Shown: positions 8,253 to 18,301, numbered from the stretch's first letter. The stretch: DNA of 64,000 bases from an archaeon (GCA_024278335.1 JAJRTJ010000001.1:26481-90480); one strand, 5' to 3'. Numbers and translations are program-made. Notes: generated from the sequence alone by a model not told the origin.

Positions 8253-9479
8253 TTAATAATAGCTTTCTCCAAATTCTTCAGCTTTATCTGATTTCTTTCC
8301 AATTAAAACAATCAATACAATTAGCAATACCACAAAGATAATTGCCAAGATGATTGTTAAAATAGTTACTGCATCAACAGACCCTCTTCCTTCAACATTT
8401 AGATTAAGAGTTGCTACGCTTGCGCTAGAATCTGCAGACAATACAGTCACATCAAAGCTGTATTGGCCTTCTTCTTCTGCTTTAGCAGCAACAGTAATGG
8501 TCTTACTTGATCCTGCAGGAACTGCAATTACTGAGTTGCTTACCCTTGAACTTACGTCTTGATTGTTTTCAGAAATAACTCTGAATACAGTAAGTTCATT
8601 AGTTGGGTTGATAACCAATAACTCGTATTCTGCTTCTTCTCCTGCAGATGCAGTTTTACTGGAAGCTGTAACAATCACATTCTCTGGGAATGAGTTGCCA
8701 ATTGCGATTTGAGTTACCTTGTTTGCTGTTGTATCATCATTTGATACTTCAACTTCCAAAGCATAAACACCTTGTTCTGCAGAATAAGGGACTTTTATGT
8801 AAAGTCTTCCGCTTGCAGTGTCAGTGTCATCGTCATCATCGCAAGAATTAGAGCAACTTTCAATAGCTACTAAATCTCCGAAATATGCAGTTTTTTCCAC
8901 ATCTAATGAGGGGATAGAAACTGCCACATAAACATCGTCAAGGTCATTATAACCTCTGTTTTTAATAACAATGTCTACTGGAATTGTCTCTCCAGCACGG
9001 ACATTTTTGTCAACACTAACTGACTTAATGTCAATGTTATACGATGGTCTTTGGAGATTAATGGTGTATTCTTTAATTTCTTTATAATTCTTGCCGTCTA
9101 TTTCAACAGTAAGAGTTGCAGAGTCGCTTACTTGGTCTTTAAGTTCATAAGGAACTTTTATACCAATAACTTTTCTGTAAGTTTTTCCGTCCTCTACATC
9201 GAATACACTTGTAGCTTCTTTTGTTTCCACTTTTTCACCTTCAATCTCTACTTCCATAGAGACATCAGTGTCGTTTGCTTTAGCTTCAAACCAAACCTTT
9301 ACTTCAATAGTCTCTCCAGCAACAACACTTACATTGTCTTCCAAAGAAACTCCGTCAACAGTAACAAGGTCGATGGTATAACCGCTAGCACTTACAGTGG
9401 AAACTAACAAAAAAAAGCTCATGATTGCCACAAGATAAAAAACTGGAAGTTTTTTGTCTATGTTCATATTATATTCCAT
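8253..9479 (-). CDS. Putative cell-surface protein (signal/anchor, beta-rich repeat modules, C-terminal TM anchor)
   Basis: N-terminal hydrophobic segment LPVFYLVAIMSFFLLVSTVSA. T/V/S/E-rich modules resemble CARDB/Ig-like repeats. There is an acidic CDDDDDTDT run, and the C-terminal TM segment ILTIILAIIFVVLLIVLIVLIGKK is followed by a short tail. Confidence 0.6.
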   Translation of the reverse strand: MEYNMNIDKKLPVFYLVAIMSFFLLVSTVSASGYTIDLVTVDGVSLEDNVSVVAGETIEVKVWFEAKANDTDVSMEVEIEGEKVETKEATSVFDVEDGKTYRKVIGIKVPYELKDQVSDSATLTVEIDGKNYKEIKEYTINLQRPSYNIDIKSVSVDKNVRAGETIPVDIVIKNRGYNDLDDVYVAVSIPSLDVEKTAYFGDLVAIESCSNSCDDDDDTDTASGRLYIKVPYSAEQGVYALEVEVSNDDTTANKVTQIAIGNSFPENVIVTASSKTASAGEEAEYELLVINPTNELTVFRVISENNQDVSSRVSNSVIAVPAGSSKTITVAAKAEEEGQYSFDVTVLSADSSASVATLNLNVEGRGSVDAVTILTIILAIIFVVLLIVLIVLIGKKSDKAEEFGESYY

Positions 9480-9589
9480 CTTAAATTTAATTAACAGAAA
9501 TCATTGATTTCTGCGCTATTCCCAAATGATTTTTGTTTATAAACTTTATTGTAGTAACAAGATATAGTAATTTTCCAATGCTAAATAAT

Positions 9590-10390
9590 TCACTGGTTGT
9601 CATGACAAAAAGTTTCAGAATTGTTTTTGATATTAATCGTCTTGATTGCATCTTTAATTGGATTCGGAGACTCATAAATAACAACAATGGATTTATTTTT
9701 TGGAAGTTCTTTCAATAATCTTTTTATTTCTTTTTCTTCTGTTGCAAGATGTCTTTTCTCTCCTTTTTTTCCATATTCAATTCCAGAAAAATGCACATGC
9801 CAATCTTTATATTGCTTAAAAACTTTTTTTACTTCCTTAAAATTATATGTTTTATATCTTGCAATCATATGTGCAAAGTCAATGCAAAAACTGCACCGAG
9901 TGTCTCTGACAAGTTGTGCTATCTCATTTAGGCTTCCAAATACATTAGCTTTTCCAATAATCTCTGGAGCAAGTTTGGGGGTGTATTTGTTCTTTTTAAT
10001 TTCTTCTTGCATCTCTAAAATTCCTTTTTTAATGCTTTCATAAGTTTCTTTTTTTGAAAACTTTCCATAATAACCGCAATGAAAAACAACTTTTTTTGCT
10101 CCAAGCCAAGTTCCAACTTCACAAGACCTTAAAATTCTCTTTTTGCTTGCTTTAATTTTTTCTTTATCCTTAGAATTAAGATTAATCCAGTAAGGCGCAT
10201 GGATTGTAAGAGAAATATTAAATTTTTCTGCAGCCTTCTTAACTTTCTCTGCAACTTCTTTTGATTTAATAAAAACTCCGTAAGTAAAGGAGATTTCTGC
10301 AGCTTGTATTCCCAGCTCCTTGTATCTTGCAAAAGTTTCTTCAACATCTTTCACAGAACCAATTCCTGCAGGACCTATTTTTATTGCCAT
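9590..10390 (-). CDS. nfo: AP endonuclease family 2 (endonuclease IV-like, TIM barrel)
   Basis: IHAPYWINLNS (compare HxxYLINL of Nfo), then VVFHCGYYG, CIDFAHM, HVHFSG and YESPNP, spaced like the metal ligands of endonuclease IV. Confidence 0.7.
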   Translation of the reverse strand: MAIKIGPAGIGSVKDVEETFARYKELGIQAAEISFTYGVFIKSKEVAEKVKKAAEKFNISLTIHAPYWINLNSKDKEKIKASKKRILRSCEVGTWLGAKKVVFHCGYYGKFSKKETYESIKKGILEMQEEIKKNKYTPKLAPEIIGKANVFGSLNEIAQLVRDTRCSFCIDFAHMIARYKTYNFKEVKKVFKQYKDWHVHFSGIEYGKKGEKRHLATEEKEIKRLLKELPKNKSIVVIYESPNPIKDAIKTINIKNNSETFCHDNQ

Positions 10391-10415
10391 GAATTTAAAA
10401 AAAGAAACTCCTTTT

Positions 10416-10883
10416 TTATATCTTCTTCAACTCCTCACCAATTTCTCCAAGATTATCAACAAGATATGTGTGAAGTTTTTGAATTATTTGATTCTGAATT
10501 TCTTCTCTTAACTCTCCATGGCATTTTGTTAAATCTATCTCTGGATTCCTCCTGTTCCCATAATTAAGAGAACAAATCATCTCCTTATTTTCAAGAACTT
10601 TCATTTTAATATCCCCTTTTTTGATATGAAGCAAGGTTACTTCTATATCGCACTTATTTTCATTTTTGCCAAGAATTTTGTAGACCCATGTTTTTTCTGG
10701 ACCATCATTGATAAATTTTGCCTTTCTGCATTTTTCTTGATGAGCAACATAGCAAGACATATTATCGCATTTAGGAAAATAATACCATGTAAAGTAAACT
10801 GCTAAAAATAATACAATTATAATTGAAATAAGAATCACCCATCTAAAAATTTTACCTCTTTCTGCCATATTATAAATCGTCAA
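10416..10883 (-). CDS. Hypothetical membrane-anchored protein
   Basis: Single N-terminal TM segment (WVILISIIIVLFLAVYFTWYYF) followed by a Cys-containing soluble domain. Confidence 0.4.
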   Translation of the reverse strand: MTIYNMAERGKIFRWVILISIIIVLFLAVYFTWYYFPKCDNMSCYVAHQEKCRKAKFINDGPEKTWVYKILGKNENKCDIEVTLLHIKKGDIKMKVLENKEMICSLNYGNRRNPEIDLTKCHGELREEIQNQIIQKLHTYLVDNLGEIGEELKKI

Positions 10884-10938
10884 TCATTATATTTAAAGTT
10901 TTGGAAAAATAAAAAAGAAGTTAGGATTTTCTCCTAAC

Positions 10939-12090
10939 TTAAAAACTCAAAAGTTCAATAGTTGTGTCTGTTGCTCCAAAATTAGGGGCTGCAATTGCTT
11001 TACATCCAACTTCTTCAGCAGCACTTAATAAAGAGCCGGTCACTGTTCCGTCAAGGACAATAACCCCTGGTTTTTCTCTTATTCTTTTTAAGACTCCTGA
11101 AACAGACTTTGCAGAAACTTCTTTATATGCTTCTAAAGAGTCATCTAAAAGAACAGCTTTTCCTGTTCCTTCATTCTCTTCATAAATTTCTTTTATTTTT
11201 GCTTTAGCCTTTTCATCTAAAGTAAAACTTTCTTGAGAGGTCTCTGGTTTATCTGCAGAATCTTCGCCAGAACCTTCCCTTAGGAAAAGTTCAGGAGAAA
11301 CTTTTTTCCTTAAATACATAAGGATTTCCTTGCTTGTCAGCTCTTCAACTTCTTTTCCGTCTGGAGCACTTGCAATATATTTGACATTTGCATTGTCAAC
11401 AACATTTTGCGCAATCAGTTTTCCCCCTCTGTCTCCATCTACAAAAAGAGTCAATTCTTTTTCCTTTCCAAGTTCTTTTATTGCTTCAGGAAGTTTTGTT
11501 CCATTCATTCCAATGACATTTTTAATTCCTGCTTTTAACAGATTAATAACATCAGCTCTTCCTTCTACAACAATAATTTCTTTTTCAGAAAGGTCTCCTC
11601 CGCAAGGAAGTTTTTCGTCTCCATATTCTTGAACTCCAGAAGTTTTTGTTGCATCCTTAATCTCATTTGAGATTGCTCTTGAATCAGTAGCCCCTTGAAT
11701 ATTTTGCATCAGTTTTTTTGCCCTTTCAAGAATATAGTCTCTTTTGCTTCCTCGCACATCTTCAATTTTTTCAATTTCAATTTGTGCATCGCATGGACCA
11801 ATTCTTTCAATGGTTTCAATAGCTGCTGCAATCAAGGTTGTCTCTGACTGGTCAACTGCAGTGGGGATTTTAATTGTTCCAGTAGTTAATTTATCTTTTC
11901 TTTCTAAATCAACTTCAATTCTTCCAATTTTTCCTTCTTTTTGCAGTTCTCGCATTTCAAGGTCAGCTCCAAGCAAACCTTCTGTTTGTCCAAAAACAGC
12001 TCCAATTACATCTGGCTTTTCTAAAGCTCCTTCTGCTGTAAAGTTGGCATGTATCATATACTTAATTGATACTGGACTTATTTTTGCCAT
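10939..12090 (-). CDS. dnaG: Archaeal DnaG primase-like protein (Toprim domain)
   Basis: N-terminal YMIHANFTAEGALEKPDVIGAVFGQTEGLLG typical of archaeal DnaG. Toprim motifs IIVVEGRADV and LFVDGDRGG. Confidence 0.85.
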   Translation of the reverse strand: MAKISPVSIKYMIHANFTAEGALEKPDVIGAVFGQTEGLLGADLEMRELQKEGKIGRIEVDLERKDKLTTGTIKIPTAVDQSETTLIAAAIETIERIGPCDAQIEIEKIEDVRGSKRDYILERAKKLMQNIQGATDSRAISNEIKDATKTSGVQEYGDEKLPCGGDLSEKEIIVVEGRADVINLLKAGIKNVIGMNGTKLPEAIKELGKEKELTLFVDGDRGGKLIAQNVVDNANVKYIASAPDGKEVEELTSKEILMYLRKKVSPELFLREGSGEDSADKPETSQESFTLDEKAKAKIKEIYEENEGTGKAVLLDDSLEAYKEVSAKSVSGVLKRIREKPGVIVLDGTVTGSLLSAAEEVGCKAIAAPNFGATDTTIELLSF

Positions 12091-12241
12091 TTTTTCTCCG
12101 TTATTTAATTTATTTGAAATCTAATGATTTCTAGAAAAATAGTTCCCACTTACTTTTGTGAAATTTCTTTCTCAAATAATTGAAAATGAATGTGAAAATG
12201 ATAATCACAATACGACTATTTTTCTACTTTTATTAAGAAAT

Positions 12242-12525
12242 TTAAATGGTTTTTAAATTATTCGGTTTTATCCCCTCTTTTTCTAATAGTTCTTTCTCTA
12301 ATCTTGAATCTTTAACTCCTTTATATCCTCCAATTTTCCCATTAGAGTGTATAACTCTATGACATGGGATTTTGACTGGCACAGCTGGTTTCTTTTTAAA
12401 GCCTGTCCAACTGCTCTTGGAGAACTATTTAAGGTTTCTGCTATTTCTTTGTAGCTAATGGCCTTGCCTTTTGGGATTTTTTTAACAATTTCATAAACTT
12501 TTCTCTGAAATTCTGTTATTTCCAT
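12242..12525 (-). pseudogene. ogt: Methylated-DNA-protein-cysteine methyltransferase (MGMT/Ogt DNA-binding domain only) with a -1 frameshift near 12386-12389
   Basis: The track ORF (12298..12525) reads ...SSPRAVGQALKRNQLCQSKSHV. The -1 frame from AAC-C|CA reads PAVPVKIPCHRVIHSNGKIGGYKGVKDSRLEKELLEKEGIKPNNLKTI*, with its stop at 12242-12244. That frame restores the NPxxxxIPCHRV active site. Confidence 0.65.
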
Positions 12526-12597
12526 AATTAAAAATAGAATTTAAATTCTTTCTTCTTTTTTAATAAGTTCAGAATAAATTAATCCCCTCTGTCCTTA

Positions 12598-13875
12598 TTA
12601 CTTTTTTTCAGTAAGTTCAACGCAAACACCTGCTGCCACTGTTGCACCAGCATCTCTGATTGCAAATCTTGCCATATGCGGGTTGTCAGCCTGCGTTTCA
12701 AGAACAAGGTTTCCCATTGGTTTAATCCTTACCTTAGCAAGGTCACCATTCTTCAAAAAGTCTGGGTTTTCTTGCTTTGTTCCATCAGGCGATGTTTTTT
12801 CAATAAGCTCAACAAATTGACATGGAACTTGAGCAGTGTGAACATGAAATACTGGAGTATATCCTTTAGCTAAGACTGAAGGATGCGCAATAACTGCAAC
12901 TTGTGCTACAAATTCATCAACAATCTTTGCTGGTTTTTCTGCATCACAAATAACATCTCCTCTTGCAATGTCTTTTTTACCTACTCCTCTAATATTAACT
13001 CCAACATTATCTCCTGCTTCTGCTTCAGGCAATGTTTCATGATGGGCTTCAATTGTTTTAATTTCTCCTTCAATTCCTTTACCGCTTCTTCCTGGAAGAA
13101 CAATAACTTTGTGTCCTTGTTTCATTACCCCTGTTTCAATTTTACCTACTGGAACAGTTCCAATACCCGTAATTTCATAAACATCTTGAACAGGCATTCT
13201 CATAGGAAGGTCAACAGGTCTTTCTGGTGCAGGGAACAAATCAAATTGCTCTTTCACAGTTGGACCTTTATACCAAGCCATTTTATCGGATTTATTGACA
13301 ACATTATCTCCTTGTAATCCTGAAATAGCAAGGAATGGAACTTCTTCGGGATTATATCCAACTTGTTTTAATAATTTTGTAACATCTTCTTTTACTGCAT
13401 TGAATTTTTCTTCAGAATATTCAACTTCATCCATTTTATTAACTGCAACAGCAACTGCTGAAACACCCATTGTTCTTAATAGCCATAAATGTTCTGTAGT
13501 TTGTGGCTGAACTCCGCTTGGAGCCGCAATAACTAAGAATGCCGAATCAGCTTGTGAAGCACCAGTAATCATGTTCTTAACAAAGTCCCTGTGACCTGGC
13601 GCGTCAATAATTGTAATCTGATACTTCTGAGTCATTAATTTCTTATAAGCTAAGTCAATTGTAACTCCTCTTTCTCTTTCTTCTTTAATATTATCCATGA
13701 TATAAGCAAATTCAAAACCTTGCTTTCCGTGTTTAGCAGCTTCTTCCTTAAGCTTAGCCATTTCTTGTTCAGAAACCGCACCACCATCAAACATTAGTCT
13801 ACCAACTGTTGTTGATTTTCCAGCATCAACATGCCCTACAAAAACAACGTTCATGTTTGGTAATTCTTTTGCCAT
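12598..13875 (-). CDS. tuf: Translation elongation factor aEF-1alpha
   Basis: [17 protein letters not shown] and NKMD G-motifs with full-length EF-1alpha-like sequence; 425 aa. Confidence 0.95.
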   Translation of the reverse strand: MAKELPNMNVVFVGHVDAGKSTTVGRLMFDGGAVSEQEMAKLKEEAAKHGKQGFEFAYIMDNIKEERERGVTIDLAYKKLMTQKYQITIIDAPGHRDFVKNMITGASQADSAFLVIAAPSGVQPQTTEHLWLLRTMGVSAVAVAVNKMDEVEYSEEKFNAVKEDVTKLLKQVGYNPEEVPFLAISGLQGDNVVNKSDKMAWYKGPTVKEQFDLFPAPERPVDLPMRMPVQDVYEITGIGTVPVGKIETGVMKQGHKVIVLPGRSGKGIEGEIKTIEAHHETLPEAEAGDNVGVNIRGVGKKDIARGDVICDAEKPAKIVDEFVAQVAVIAHPSVLAKGYTPVFHVHTAQVPCQFVELIEKTSPDGTKQENPDFLKNGDLAKVRIKPMGNLVLETQADNPHMARFAIRDAGATVAAGVCVELTEKK

Positions 13876-13988
13876 CTTATTTTTAATCGTAATTTTTTTA
13901 CGTAATGTTTAATGAAAAAATGTATTTAAAAACCTTTCTATTTTCCAAAACAATATTAAAAAAGGGTTTTTATCGTCGGTAAAACCTT

Positions 13989-14309
13989 TTAAGAGCATGC
14001 TCCTGTTAAAAAAACCTCTTCAACTCTTTTTCTTATTTCGTCTTTGTTCTCTTTCAAATATTTTCTCAAGTTTTTAGGAACTTCCCTTCCGTCCAATTCT
14101 TCCAGAGTGTCACAATTTATTCTCAATTGTTTGCCACTGAAAAATATATGATAATGTAGAGGAGAATGTTCTGCTCTCCCCGAGTCTACTACCTCTGGGC
14201 CAGGAAAAGCAACTATGCGATATCCATTGTAATTCATTCCAATCCCACAATAAAATTCTCCTTCTGGAATTTTCTGAAGCATTTCTTTTAAAACCTTTTC
14301 AATTGCCAT
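13989..14309 (-). CDS. Hypothetical protein (possibly DUF4160-like)
   Basis: 106 aa. The HSPLHYHIFFSGKQLRI segment resembles the HFHV motif of DUF4160; this is a weak call. Confidence 0.35.
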   Translation of the reverse strand: MAIEKVLKEMLQKIPEGEFYCGIGMNYNGYRIVAFPGPEVVDSGRAEHSPLHYHIFFSGKQLRINCDTLEELDGREVPKNLRKYLKENKDEIRKRVEEVFLTGACS

Positions 14310-14404
14310 AAGAGATTAGTTTAGAATTAATTTAAAAATCTACTGATTCTCCGCCAGCCCCTTTATACAAATCACTGCGTGGATTTGCGTCCAATAATTA
14401 ATAA

Positions 14405-16588
14405 TTATTGGTTTTCAGCCAGCCCTTTTCTATCTCTAATTTTTCTAATAACTTCATCTTGCATTGCTGCAGGAAGTTTTTCAAATAACTGGTCTTTTAA
14501 CGACGAGACTCCCCTTCCTTCTGTAGCGCTTCTTAAATCAGATGACCATCCAATCATCTCTGCAACAGGGATTTTTGCCTCCATCTCCGCATTATCCCCT
14601 TCTTGATTAACATTAAGCATCTGCCCTCTTTTTCCTCCAATAAGTTTTGTAACTGCTCCAAGATATTCTCCGGGCATTTCAATTAAATGAATCTGTAATG
14701 GCTCAAGAATCGAAGGAGAAGCACCTTGCATAGCTCCTTTAATGGCGTCTCTGACTGCAGGATAAACTTGTGCAGGTCCTCTGTGAATCGCATCTTCGTG
14801 AAGCCTGATGTCTACTAAAGAAACTTTCATTTTCATGCAGGGCTCACGAGCCAACGGACCTTCGTTCATAACCATTTCAAAAGCGTCTAAAATCATTTCA
14901 ATTACTTCCAACATATGGACTTCCCCACGAGTTTCATCTAAAAACACATTTCCTCTGTAAACATGCTTGAGATTTCTGATAGTGTCTCCATCCCAGCCCA
15001 ATTCCCTTAATGAATCTGCAACACCTGTATCTATCTTCTTTTTAATTCTTCCCTCAGGAATTGTTCCATTTTGAATTGCCTCATAAATATTTTCCTCTAA
15101 TGGGGCGACCTTAATAAAAAAGCTGTTGTGCTTGTTTGGAGAACGCCCTTCAAATGCCTGCGGACTTTCTTTTGCAACAGTTTCTCTGTAAACAATAATT
15201 GGAGGAGAGCTCTTTACATCAAGGCCTTTTTCTGTCTTAATCCTGTTTTCAATAATTTCTAAATGCAACTCTCCCATGCCTGAAATAAGACTCTCTCCTG
15301 TCTGTTCATTAATTTGAACTTTGATTGAAGGGTCTTCTTTCCCAACCTGCCTCAAAATTTCAACAAGCTTTGGCAAGTCTGCAGCTTTTGTAACTTCAAT
15401 GGATTTTGTTACAACCGGTTCAAATAAATGTTTAATTGCTTCAAATGGTTCAATTTTGTTTTTTGAAACAGTCTCTCCTGCAAAAACATCCTTTAATCCA
15501 ACAATTCCGACGACATTTCCAGCAGAAACCTCTTCTGTAACAATCCTCTGAGCACCCTTGTAAACAGAAACTTGCTGAACTCTTGTCTGGGTCCCTGAAA
15601 GATTCATATAAACATCCTCCCCCTGTTTTAATGTTCCAGAGAACATTCTTCCTGCTGCAACTTCTCCTGCATGCTTGTCAACAACAATCTTAATTGGAAC
15701 AAAAACCGGCTCTCCATTTGGGTCGCATTCTAAGAGATTTTTCCCAACAGGGCTCTCTAAATCTCCGTGCCAGATTTTCTGAATTCTGTATTTTTGAGCC
15801 TCAACAGGATTTGGGTGGTGTCCAATAGTCATATTTAATACAACCTCGTGAATAGGGGCTTTTTTTGCAAGTGCTTTCCACTCTTCTTCATTATCTGAGC
15901 TATAAGCTTCAATTATATCTTTAAAAGTAATATTCTTTTCTTTCATATATGGAACAGATAAAGCCCAGTTGTGAAATGCAGAGCCAAAAGCAACACTTCC
16001 GTCAGCAACATTAACTTTCCATTTTTCTTTATATCCCTCTGGAGCAATCTTCTCAATTAATTCATTAACATGATTAATAATGCTCATAAATTTTTCCTGC
16101 ATTGCTTCTGGAGTTAACTTAACTTCTTTGATTAATCTATCAACTTTATTGATAAATAAAACTGGCTTTACTAATTCTTTAAGTGCTTGTCTCAAAACAG
16201 TTTCTGTCTGGGGCATTACTCCTTCAACCGCACAAGCCAAAACAATACATCCATCAACTGCCCTCATTGCGCGGGTTACATCTCCTCCAAAATCAACATG
16301 GCCCGGAGTGTCAATTAAATTAATCAAATATTTTTCTCCTTTAAATTCATGAACCATAGAAACTGAAGCACTGTCAATTGTTATTCCTCTTGCAGCTTCA
16401 TCTTCATGAAAATCCAGAGCTCTTTGCTTTCCTGCTGTCTCTTCAGAAAGCATCCCTGCCCCTGCAAGCAAATTATCTGAGAAAGTTGTTTTCCCGTGGT
16501 CAATATGCGCGGCAATAGCAATATTTCTAATGTTGTTTTGCTTTTTCATTAATTCTTCAAATTTTTCTTCCGGCATTTTAATCTCCAA
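14405..16588 (-). CDS. fusA: Translation elongation factor aEF-2
   Basis: AHIDHGKTT, DTPGHVDF and NKVDR motifs. The diphthamide-region sequence HEDAIHRGPAQ is present; 727 aa. Confidence 0.95.
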   Translation of the reverse strand: MEIKMPEEKFEELMKKQNNIRNIAIAAHIDHGKTTFSDNLLAGAGMLSEETAGKQRALDFHEDEAARGITIDSASVSMVHEFKGEKYLINLIDTPGHVDFGGDVTRAMRAVDGCIVLACAVEGVMPQTETVLRQALKELVKPVLFINKVDRLIKEVKLTPEAMQEKFMSIINHVNELIEKIAPEGYKEKWKVNVADGSVAFGSAFHNWALSVPYMKEKNITFKDIIEAYSSDNEEEWKALAKKAPIHEVVLNMTIGHHPNPVEAQKYRIQKIWHGDLESPVGKNLLECDPNGEPVFVPIKIVVDKHAGEVAAGRMFSGTLKQGEDVYMNLSGTQTRVQQVSVYKGAQRIVTEEVSAGNVVGIVGLKDVFAGETVSKNKIEPFEAIKHLFEPVVTKSIEVTKAADLPKLVEILRQVGKEDPSIKVQINEQTGESLISGMGELHLEIIENRIKTEKGLDVKSSPPIIVYRETVAKESPQAFEGRSPNKHNSFFIKVAPLEENIYEAIQNGTIPEGRIKKKIDTGVADSLRELGWDGDTIRNLKHVYRGNVFLDETRGEVHMLEVIEMILDAFEMVMNEGPLAREPCMKMKVSLVDIRLHEDAIHRGPAQVYPAVRDAIKGAMQGASPSILEPLQIHLIEMPGEYLGAVTKLIGGKRGQMLNVNQEGDNAEMEAKIPVAEMIGWSSDLRSATEGRGVSSLKDQLFEKLPAAMQDEVIRKIRDRKGLAENQ

Positions 16589-16629
16589 GAATATAATTTA
16601 ATCAGAAAGTTTGTTTAAAAGTCTTTTGT

Positions 16630-16905
16630 TTATTTGCAGTCTGTTTTTTCTTCTGCATAGGATTTAACTTTTCTTGCCAGATCCAAAATATCTGCCATGT
16701 GCATTTTTTCCAGTTCTTCAGGAGGATTCAAAATATACTCTTTAATTAATCTGGCTAAATGAGGCCTTTTTCCGTCATCTTCTGAATAATTCCTAACTAT
16801 CTCCTGAGCCTCATTAACACTTATCTCTCTAACCTCGCAGGCATCTAATCTGCTAGATGTTTTTTCTTCAAGACCCTTTCTTCCACCATAAGAATTGTTT
16901 TGCAT
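16630..16905 (-). CDS. Hypothetical protein between uS7 and aEF-2
   Basis: Track ORF of 91 aa on the same strand as the flanking translation genes; no family recognised. Confidence 0.35.
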   Translation of the reverse strand: MQNNSYGGRKGLEEKTSSRLDACEVREISVNEAQEIVRNYSEDDGKRPHLARLIKEYILNPPEELEKMHMADILDLARKVKSYAEEKTDCK

Positions 16906-16958
16906 AGAAATTTTGATAATTAACTATTTAAAAAAATTATCGCACTAAAATAATTACT

Positions 16959-17580
16959 TTATCTTGCAGAATCTGCCTGTTTTTCATACTCATTTTTTCT
17001 TTTTACTGCAAAACTTTCACCATTGTTTTCTGCAGCAAGCATGATTTCTTCTGCAAGTGCTTGAGCAATTGTTTTCTTTTTTCCAAATGCTTTATCAGAA
17101 GCTCCATGGCAAATATTTCTCAAAGCAAGATTAACTCTTCGTAATGGAGCGCAGTCCACTGCTTGAGGATATCTTGCCCCCCCATATTCAATGACAGTAA
17201 CCTCATCTCTCGGAGCTCCGTTCTCAATTGCATTTACTAAAACTTGAATGGGATTTTTTCCTGTCTTTTTTTCAATCATTCCAAATGCCTCAAGAACAAT
17301 TTTCATATTTCTTTCATATTTTCCCGTCACATGCCCGATTTCAATTTTATGTTTTTTATTTCTATGCCCTGCAACAGCCAGTTTATTCATTAATCTTTCA
17401 ATAATATTAACTTTTATTTGCCCGTGCTTGACAACATTTCTTCCCTGGCTTTTAATAATTAATTTTGGCTCAAGATTAATCACATCTTTTAATCCCGGGT
17501 CTTTAATTGCAATTTCAGATAAGTCATATTTATCAAAAACTTTGAATACAGGTAAATTAATTTGCTTTGTTTCTGCCATT
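16959..17580 (-). CDS. rps7: Ribosomal protein uS7
   Basis: Typical archaeal S7 sequence (...IIERLMNKLAVAGHRNKKHK..., NPIQVLVNAIENGAPRDEVT). The likely start is ATG 17580 (MAETKQ...), immediately after the stop of the upstream ORF. Confidence 0.9.
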
Positions 17581-17877
17581 TTACAATAACTTAATATATG
17601 CTCCTTTATTGTCTTCACTCAAAAAGGCATTTACCAGTCTTGCTTCTCCATAATGCCAGTTTGCAATAGTTATTCCTGGAACATTTTCATCTCCCCCATG
17701 AGCTCCTGCAGGAAGGTTCTTAGTTAATCTTTCTCCTTTTGGACTTATAAGCGGTTTTTCTTCTCCATTAAGATATACTTGATTCACTATTCCAGAAATT
17801 GTGAATGGTTTCCCTCCCTCTAACCTCAATTTTTCAATTCTTTGTCCTGGTCTGATTCTTCTTGAAATTCCTGTCAT
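17581..17877 (-). CDS. Hypothetical 98-aa protein inserted between uS12 and uS7
   Basis: MTGISRRIRPGQRIEKLRLEGGKPFTISGIV...GAHGGDENVPGITIANWHYGEARLV... It is tightly packed: the S12 stop reads TAAGATG into its start, and its own stop reads TAAAATG into the S7 start. Confidence 0.5.
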   Translation of the reverse strand: MTGISRRIRPGQRIEKLRLEGGKPFTISGIVNQVYLNGEEKPLISPKGERLTKNLPAGAHGGDENVPGITIANWHYGEARLVNAFLSEDNKGAYIKLL

Positions 17878-17878
17878 C

Positions 17879-18301
17879 TTATCTTCTACCTTTTTCAATC
17901 TTTCCTTTTACAAGTCTGTGCAAAGGCTGGTCATTTACTTGAATAACTTTATATCTAACACCAGGAATATCTCCTTTTGAACGCCCTTGTTTTCCGCCAA
18001 TTCTTTCAATCATAACTTCATCATGTTCATTAATAAATTTCTGCCCAAGATTTCCAGGAATAAAAGCTGTAACTTGTTTTCCATTTTTAGTAAGCTGAAC
18101 TTTACAACATTTTCTCATTGCAGAGTTCGGCTGTTTTGCTTCTTTCTGGACTTTTGCAAGAACAATTCCCTTTGCTTGGTTTGCTACTTCCAACGGGTCT
18201 GACTTTGCATAAAGGTCAAGAGCTCTAACTTTATATTTCCGAGATTTCCATCTAAATTTTTTCCTGTCTTTTTGTTTTTTTACTGCACTTTTTAGTCCCA
18301 T
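17879..18301 (-). CDS. rps12: Ribosomal protein uS12
   Basis: ...[28 protein letters not shown]...[14 protein letters not shown], typical of S12. Confidence 0.95.
   Translation of the reverse strand: MGLKSAVKKQKDRKKFRWKSRKYKVRALDLYAKSDPLEVANQAKGIVLAKVQKEAKQPNSAMRKCCKVQLTKNGKQVTAFIPGNLGQKFINEHDEVMIERIGGKQGRSKGDIPGVRYKVIQVNDQPLHRLVKGKIEKGRR

Noticed and set aside
11330-12124. Track ORFs on the plus strand inside dnaG (11330..11632, 11744..12124). Similar antisense ORFs lie inside tuf, fusA, rpoA, rpoB, nrdD, copA, CDF, smc and others.
   Set aside because: They lie entirely antisense to long, confidently identified genes. They have low-complexity S/F/L/I-rich translations typical of shadow ORFs in AT-rich DNA.
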